The position numbers and the translations under genes were made by a program. From Minisyncoccota bacterium (GTDB taxonomy: Bacteria; Patescibacteriota; Minisyncoccia; Phycocordibacterales; UBA6065), in contig DAORIX010000001.1 of the NCBI GenBank assembly GCA_035438745.1, positions 3,075 through 67,074 of the forward strand: a stretch of DNA of 64,000 bases, in the 5' to 3' direction. The notes below the pieces were generated by a model. The model made no database searches. It had not been told where the DNA came from and saw only the letters and a list, made by a program, of their open reading frames with translations. Positions 58,042 to 64,000 of the stretch are shown piece by piece. Positions within the stretch are counted from its first letter, which is position 1. Each line of letters starts with the position of its first letter.

Positions 58042-58475
58042 ATCGGTTTTCTAGTGGAAACATTTTCTGGAAATATAATATAGCGATAAGCAAAAAAACT
58101 TACCCCCGCCATGATTCCGATAGTAAGCACTTGTGCAAAAACATACCACACGTGAAGTATCTCCACGAAAAAATACAAAAACCCCGTAGTAGCAACCATA
58201 CTCACAGCGTACAACACGCTATAGAAAAAAAGTTGTTTATGCACCGTTGCTGTATTTGTATCACGAAAAGTAAATTTTTTCTGAAGCAAAAAACGCACAA
58301 TAAATGATGTTGTGAGCGCAATGACTGCTGATGCTAGATAATAAACATGAAAATATTCTGTGAGCACAAAAAGCAAACCAATATCAAGAAACGATGAAAA
58401 ACCTCCCGAAAAAATATAACGAACAACAAGAGTGTCCGTAGCTAGAGCGATTATGTTTTTAAAAAAAGAAATCAT
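58038..58475 (-). CDS. GtrA-family small membrane protein (polysaccharide synthesis/flippase-associated)
   Basis: 145 aa, 4 TM, N-terminal RYIFSGGFSSFLDIGLLFVLTE block typical of GtrA. Confidence 0.7.
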   Translation of the reverse strand: MISFFKNIIALATDTLVVRYIFSGGFSSFLDIGLLFVLTEYFHVYYLASAVIALTTSFIVRFLLQKKFTFRDTNTATVHKQLFFYSVLYAVSMVATTGFLYFFVEILHVWYVFAQVLTIGIMAGVSFFAYRYIIFPENVSTRKPI

Positions 58476-58487
58476 GTGCGTATGTGA

Positions 58488-59618
58488 TTATACCAAAAGA
58501 GACTCTTTGTATTTTTGCAAATACACTTCCCGACTGTTTATCAAGGCAAAAGAGTCCGTCATTCGATAATTTTGAGGCTCTTTAAGGGCAGCAAGTACAT
58601 GATGCGCAAGACACTCCGCATCGCGAGGTGGACACACCACCCCTCCTGAAAGTAACTCGGACGCAACCCCAACATCAGTAGAAACAATCGCTGTTCCTGC
58701 CACACCCGCTTCAACCAACGTCATGCCATACCCCTCATACAGAGAACTGAGCAAAAAGACATCTGCTGTTTTATACAGAGAATACAAATCATCACGGTTC
58801 ATCCACGGCACGTATACTACAGAAGAATGTATACCTTTTTTCTCACAAAAACGAGAAAGAAAATCTCGCTCCGGACCATCACCAACAATAACGAGACCTG
58901 CGCGTGGATAGTGCGCTAAAACCTTTATAAAGGCATGTAACGCTGTATGTATGTCTTTTTCATGAGTAAGTCGCGAGGCCATTAAAACAATGTGGTCAAA
59001 CTGCGGATACATCGCTTTTAAATTTGTGCCCACGGGGGCATCTTTTATTTTTTGAATATCTACGAATATAGGTAACACAGAAACGGTGCATGTTTTATTT
59101 AACAAACCACTCTTCTCAAGAGATATTTTTATTCTCCGCGAAACAACTCTAACTGACGCAGCACGCGCAAAAACGAAACGCGCAAGCGCTACACGAACAC
59201 GATTAAGAACGTTTTCTTTCCTAAAATATCCGCTCAAAAAATCTGTGTGAACCTGAACATTCAGAGGCAGGGTGTATTTTTGTGCGAGTATCTTTCCTAC
59301 GATGCCTGTTTCAAATGGATCTTGGGTTGTAATAATCGTTATACCGGAGTCACCCATTTTAGATGTAATGACCCGTGAAGCAATTCGCAAAGCATCAAAA
59401 CAATAAAAATATCTCGAGTATGAGCACGTTTGATATGCGCGCACTCGATCAGACAAAATCTCTACAGACGTGCGACCGTGAGAACAATGCACTTTTTTTG
59501 TAAATACAACAATATGTAGTTCATCAAAAAGTGAGCCGTACTCAATCATACGCCTGCGAACAGGACTACCCTGTTCAAAAATCTTTGCATCTGATGAAAT
59601 CATGAGAACCCGCATCAT
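58488..59618 (-). CDS. GT4 glycosyltransferase
   Basis: YEGYGMTLVEAGVAGTAIVSTDVG donor-binding block. Confidence 0.75.
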   Translation of the reverse strand: MMRVLMISSDAKIFEQGSPVRRRMIEYGSLFDELHIVVFTKKVHCSHGRTSVEILSDRVRAYQTCSYSRYFYCFDALRIASRVITSKMGDSGITIITTQDPFETGIVGKILAQKYTLPLNVQVHTDFLSGYFRKENVLNRVRVALARFVFARAASVRVVSRRIKISLEKSGLLNKTCTVSVLPIFVDIQKIKDAPVGTNLKAMYPQFDHIVLMASRLTHEKDIHTALHAFIKVLAHYPRAGLVIVGDGPERDFLSRFCEKKGIHSSVVYVPWMNRDDLYSLYKTADVFLLSSLYEGYGMTLVEAGVAGTAIVSTDVGVASELLSGGVVCPPRDAECLAHHVLAALKEPQNYRMTDSFALINSREVYLQKYKESLLV

Positions 59619-60727
59619 AGTGTAGAAATGAACTGCGCAAATTCATTAAGCATACGCTCGTCCGTAAACCCTTTCACTCTCTCCCGTGCCTTACGAACCA
59701 AGGACTGACTGAGAGATGGATTTCGTACAAGTCGAAATATATGCTCGCTCAAGGCACCCGCATCATTATAAGAAACGAGTACGCCCGTATGATCATTCTC
59801 TATAATTTCTGAGTTTCCCCCGACACGTGTAGTAATAATAGGAACCCCCAAAGACATAGTTTCCAAGATCTGGTGCGAGAAACCTTCGTACTGAGTATTT
59901 AAAACAAAAATATCAGAGGCTTTGATGTATTCAAACAATACCTGCTGATCAAGTCTACCCAAAAACACAACGGAGTCGCCCAATCCCTGGCTTGAAACCT
60001 TAAGAGCAAGTTCATCTTTAAGTGGACCGTCCCCAGCAATAAAAAGCATCGCATCGGGAATCTCTTTTTTTACCGAAACAAACACATCAATTAATGTAGA
60101 AAAACCCTTCCATGGAACAAGTCTGCCTACGCTCATCAGGATTGTTCCGTGAAGTTTATATTTTTTACGGATATTTGTTTTTGTGCCTTTTAAATCCTGA
60201 GAATGAAAACCATTATAAATAACACGAATTTTACTTTCTTTGACACCCCAATTGGCAATAATACCCTTCAAATAAGAACTAGGGGTGACAATAGCGTGAG
60301 CCCCATCAGCTACATATTTTTGAATTTTTTTAAGGGTCCTGACCTGAGGAGAATATTTCTGATACTTTGTCGAAAACACATCAAGAGTATCCTCGACCCC
60401 AAAACGCTGAACACCCTGCTCCCACGCATAATCACCTACAATTTTTAAAACAAATTTCTTCTGTAATATCTGAGAAGCAATAAGAGCAGGTAGGCCGACA
60501 GATACAGGATCTTGAGCATAAACAACATCTACGCCTTGTCCTTTTTTAAGAAGCTCTATAAAAAAAAGAATATGCCGAATAATTTTCGGTTTTGATATGA
60601 AATCACCAAAATTAACAATATCAACTTGAAATCCCCTCTTTGGAAGCTCATCGTAAAGAAGCTTGGAATACGTTGCGGGGCCGCCAATCTGAGGAGGATA
60701 AATACCCGTAGCTACAAGAATACGCAT
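59615..60727 (-). CDS. GT4 glycosyltransferase
   Basis: MRILVATGIYPPQIGGPATY N-terminus and EGFSHQILETMSLGVPIITTRVGGN block; start set at 60727. Confidence 0.75.
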   Translation of the reverse strand: MRILVATGIYPPQIGGPATYSKLLYDELPKRGFQVDIVNFGDFISKPKIIRHILFFIELLKKGQGVDVVYAQDPVSVGLPALIASQILQKKFVLKIVGDYAWEQGVQRFGVEDTLDVFSTKYQKYSPQVRTLKKIQKYVADGAHAIVTPSSYLKGIIANWGVKESKIRVIYNGFHSQDLKGTKTNIRKKYKLHGTILMSVGRLVPWKGFSTLIDVFVSVKKEIPDAMLFIAGDGPLKDELALKVSSQGLGDSVVFLGRLDQQVLFEYIKASDIFVLNTQYEGFSHQILETMSLGVPIITTRVGGNSEIIENDHTGVLVSYNDAGALSEHIFRLVRNPSLSQSLVRKARERVKGFTDERMLNEFAQFISTL

Positions 60728-60788
60728 ATGTGTAAGTATAAAATAAAAAACCGATAACACGAAACGTGTTCGCCTGATACACTTTCTC

Positions 60789-62015
60789 TTATTTTTCGCC
60801 GAAAGACTTATCGAAAACACCTTCCCTCATCTGCTCAACAACAACACTCCAGTCATATCGATCAAGCACCATGTGCATAGCATTCTCTACAATCTCATTT
60901 CGCAATAAAACATCGCGCATATACATTTCAACTTTTCGAGCAATATCTTTTGGATCATGAACATCACACAACAAACCTGTTTCTTTATTCACCAAAAAAT
61001 CAACAATACCTCCCACAGGCGTAGCGATCACAGGAATACCCGCAGCCATTGCTTCAATAAAAGAATTTCCAAAACCTTCGGATAGAGAAGGGCGCACAAA
61101 TACATCAGAAATTTTTAAGTACTTTGGCATTTCCTTGTGTGATACATACCCTAGAAAATGCACTCGTGACATGACCCCTAAGTCTTGTGCTTGTTTTTTG
61201 AGCGAAGCCTCTTCGTATCCAGTACCCAAAACAAGGAGCTTAACATACGGTGGCAAATGGACGAGGGATGCAACAATGTCCCCTACCGCATTTTTTACCA
61301 CAAGCCGAGACGTAGTAATAATAAAAATATCATGCGGTTCTTTTCCTAAAGACACGCGTACGTTTTCAAGCTCACCCTCATCAAATGATTGTCTGAAATG
61401 AGAGGTGTCGACACCGTTAGGCACGACAACTACCGGACACGTTGCTCCTTGAGATGATGCAAACGAAGCAAGGTAACGCGATATCGCTTGAATGCAATCC
61501 GCTTTCTTAAAAATCATTTTAAAAAGCGGACGAACAAAACGCACTCTTTTTTCTATGTATTCAAACGGATCACCCTCCTGAAGAGTAAGAATAAACGGCG
61601 TAGACATATTAAAGAGCTTAAAAAACAGAGCCCCGAATCCTGAATAATTCGCCATCATTGCCCACACAGCGTCATAGTGTTTTTTGCGATTCAAGCCATG
61701 AGCAACATACGCAGACAAAAACGGATAGAGATATTTATTGAGATGCAAATACCACGGTAAAGAATCCGCAGAAGCACGTTGATTTCCCACAAAACCAATG
61801 CGATACACATTCACATTGCCTATGCGTTCAAAACGAGGTAGTTTTTTATCAATACGCAAAGCCACCAAGTCAAACTCAATGTCTTGGGAGGATATCCTGT
61901 CAGTGATTTCTTTAATAGCAATTTCTGCCCCGCCAATAAAGCGAGGGTAGTAGACGAAAGAAAAGATGAGTATTTTCTTAGGCTTAATCGTGTCTGTTCC
62001 GGGTATAGTAGTCAT
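60789..62015 (-). CDS. GT4 glycosyltransferase
   Basis: SEGFGNSFIEAMAAGIPVIATPVGG block. Confidence 0.75.
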   Translation of the reverse strand: MTTIPGTDTIKPKKILIFSFVYYPRFIGGAEIAIKEITDRISSQDIEFDLVALRIDKKLPRFERIGNVNVYRIGFVGNQRASADSLPWYLHLNKYLYPFLSAYVAHGLNRKKHYDAVWAMMANYSGFGALFFKLFNMSTPFILTLQEGDPFEYIEKRVRFVRPLFKMIFKKADCIQAISRYLASFASSQGATCPVVVVPNGVDTSHFRQSFDEGELENVRVSLGKEPHDIFIITTSRLVVKNAVGDIVASLVHLPPYVKLLVLGTGYEEASLKKQAQDLGVMSRVHFLGYVSHKEMPKYLKISDVFVRPSLSEGFGNSFIEAMAAGIPVIATPVGGIVDFLVNKETGLLCDVHDPKDIARKVEMYMRDVLLRNEIVENAMHMVLDRYDWSVVVEQMREGVFDKSFGEK

Positions 62016-62029
62016 AGCCTAGATCTATA

Positions 62030-62149
62030 TTACTCTATAATCTCAAAATCATCTCCTGGGTTACGAGCACTTTTTTGAACAGCAACAACACCTACGTACG
62101 ACAGTCCCGCAATGAGAGCGAGCGCAACGGAACCAAAAAGAAATATCAT
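62030..62149 (-). CDS. 39-aa single-TM small protein (candidate, not in the ORF track)
   Basis: ATG at 62149, MIFLFGSVALALIAGLSYVGVVAVQKSARNPGDDFEIIE; sits between the VirD4-like gene and the GT4 gene. Confidence 0.25.
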   Translation of the reverse strand: MIFLFGSVALALIAGLSYVGVVAVQKSARNPGDDFEIIE

Positions 62150-62154
62150 AGAAA

Positions 62155-63993
62155 TTATTGATTCATATCGAGAATCTTTTTCAAAACATCCTCCGGTACT
62201 TCTTGTTTTGATGATGGTGGAGGGGTAGGTATTTGCTCCTTTGGTTGTGGTTTCGGAATATTTTTTTCACTCGTTGCTGAAATAGCAGAAGTATCAGTTT
62301 TTTCTACCTTAGGAACAACAGAAGCGAGAGCCTGCCGTAAATCGTTAACATTTTTTTGGCTAGGAACTTTTTTTGTATTGTGCTCCAAACCAGAAGTAAT
62401 TGGGGGTTTTGGTTTTAATTCCGTGAGGGAAACAGTCTTTGTAAGGGGAACAAAATCATCGTTATCCTGTGTCTGTAAAACAGGCTTATCGAAAGCTGGA
62501 GGAGCGGTCCTCGGTTCTGTTCTTTTTTGAGCAAAATCAGCAGGAGGGTTGTGAGGATTTCGTTGTGGCTGAGTATCGAGAGGACGAGATGGACGAGTAT
62601 CACGATTAAAAGAGCCTCCGTCCTGTCTACGCGTATCCCTCTGTGGTTCTGAGCCATGTTCTCTACGAGGAAAGGCCTCCTGTCGTTTCTCTACTCTTTG
62701 CTGAGGTGGGTGGCTTTCTTTGTCTACTCCGGCTTGCTTGCGAACTTCCTCTTCAACTCCCGCCCGCTTTGAGGCGTAGGTAAGTCGTGACTGTTCAATT
62801 ATTTTTTCATACTGGGAGACGCTCGGTAATTGGATAGGAGGTAACGTGGTTGCAGAAAAAGGCTGTGAAGATACACCATCAATCATGAGCTTCAAATAAA
62901 TTTGATAGATGCCCAAATTCACAATATCCTCAGCGGTAAATGTTGGCGCAAATTCCTTTTCGAGTACCTCAGCATCAAAAGCTCCCACACGAAAAACGAT
63001 CATCGTTCCAACGTTTCCAAACACGGCAGCACGAACCTCATCTGACATTTGTTCAATATACTGATGAGCGATAGTAAGATTAAGTTTATACTTTCGAGCT
63101 TCAGACAAAATATCTGCAAAAGATTCATTAGCAAAAGACTGGAACTCATCCACATACAAATAAAAATTGGGTAACTTTTTAAGCGCTGCGTCTGAAGCAT
63201 CGGCTCGAGACATTGCGCCGAGATAGATTTTGGTGATAAGCATTGAACCGAGGAGGTTTGCATTCTGCTCTCCCACCCGACCCTTTGAAAGGTTGATAAT
63301 GAGAATCTTCTTCTCATCCATCATTTTTCTAATATCAAATGTTGATTTTGGCTGACCGATAATATTACGAACAAGAGGGTTTGAAATAAACTGACCAATC
63401 TTGTTTTGTATCGCAGCACCAGCCTCTTGCATATACCTCTCACCATATTTAGCAAACTCATCTACCCAAAAAGCCTTCACTGATGGATCAGTGATATTGT
63501 CCACAACTTTTTTACGATACTCCTTGTCGGCAAGCATTCTGTTTACGCCGATGAGTGTTGAGTCTGGATACTCAAGAAGCGCAAGAAGAATGTTGTTGAG
63601 AATATATTCCATACGCGCTGACCACGCATCTACCCATATTTTCTTGAACGCAGACATGAGACCAGAGACAACAAGGTGGCGTTTGTCAGCACCGACATCT
63701 TCCATCACATTAAATGAAATAGGGTGCTCAATATCAAAAGGAGCAAAATACAAAACATCTTTAATACGATGTTCCGGCACATACTGGAGGAGAAGGTCAG
63801 CAGTTTTGCCGTGAGGGTCAATAAAAGCGAGGCCGTTACCATTTTGAATATCCTGCACGGCCATATTTTCAAGAACAGTAGACTTACCCATACCCGTTTT
63901 ACCAATGATGTACGTGTGCCTACTCCTGTCTTTTGACTTAATACCAAAAGGTATTTTTTTATCTCGCGCATCAGTCTGCGCGAAGTATGTCAC
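62155..63993 (-). CDS. VirD4/TraD/TraG-like type IV secretion coupling-protein ATPase (FtsK/HerA superfamily) with disordered C-terminal tail
   Basis: Walker A IIGKTGMGKST, Walker B FYLYVDEFQSF, TIAHQY motif; about 170 aa P/Q/R/E-rich low-complexity C-terminus. Confidence 0.6.
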   Translation of the reverse strand: MTYFAQTDARDKKIPFGIKSKDRSRHTYIIGKTGMGKSTVLENMAVQDIQNGNGLAFIDPHGKTADLLLQYVPEHRIKDVLYFAPFDIEHPISFNVMEDVGADKRHLVVSGLMSAFKKIWVDAWSARMEYILNNILLALLEYPDSTLIGVNRMLADKEYRKKVVDNITDPSVKAFWVDEFAKYGERYMQEAGAAIQNKIGQFISNPLVRNIIGQPKSTFDIRKMMDEKKILIINLSKGRVGEQNANLLGSMLITKIYLGAMSRADASDAALKKLPNFYLYVDEFQSFANESFADILSEARKYKLNLTIAHQYIEQMSDEVRAAVFGNVGTMIVFRVGAFDAEVLEKEFAPTFTAEDIVNLGIYQIYLKLMIDGVSSQPFSATTLPPIQLPSVSQYEKIIEQSRLTYASKRAGVEEEVRKQAGVDKESHPPQQRVEKRQEAFPRREHGSEPQRDTRRQDGGSFNRDTRPSRPLDTQPQRNPHNPPADFAQKRTEPRTAPPAFDKPVLQTQDNDDFVPLTKTVSLTELKPKPPITSGLEHNTKKVPSQKNVNDLRQALASVVPKVEKTDTSAISATSEKNIPKPQPKEQIPTPPPSSKQEVPEDVLKKILDMNQ

Positions 63994-64000
63994 CTTATCT

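Overview
This 64 kb window has about 42% GC and uses the standard genetic code. The gene content fits a small-genome Patescibacteria/CPR-like bacterium, with a short ValRS, a short Obg and many TPR-membrane fusions. The first 32 kb is mainly housekeeping, with two tRNAs, an RNase P RNA the ORF track misses, and two paralogous Wzy_C (O-antigen-ligase-like) membrane domains fused to C-terminal TPR arrays. From about 32.4 kb to 62 kb there is one very dense cell-surface glycan locus: a leaderless HTH gene, gmd, fcl, a ColD-like PLP dehydratase with His in place of the Schiff-base Lys, a GDP-mannose 3,5-epimerase (GME) homolog, Wzm/Wzt ABC export (Wzt carries a C-terminal carbohydrate-binding domain), two GT11 fucosyltransferase-like genes, about nine GT4 and four GT2 genes, a GT-C enzyme, GtrA, an AsnB-like amidotransferase and five SAM methyltransferases. 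One of the methyltransferases is fused to a DPM1/GtrB-like GT2 through a zinc ribbon. The window ends with a VirD4/TraD-like coupling ATPase. I recognise no CRISPR array, integrase or transposase. The structured non-coding candidates (near tRNA-Phe, at the 3' end of the plus-strand glycan operon, and the compositionally atypical leaderless genes) are flagged as hypotheses only.
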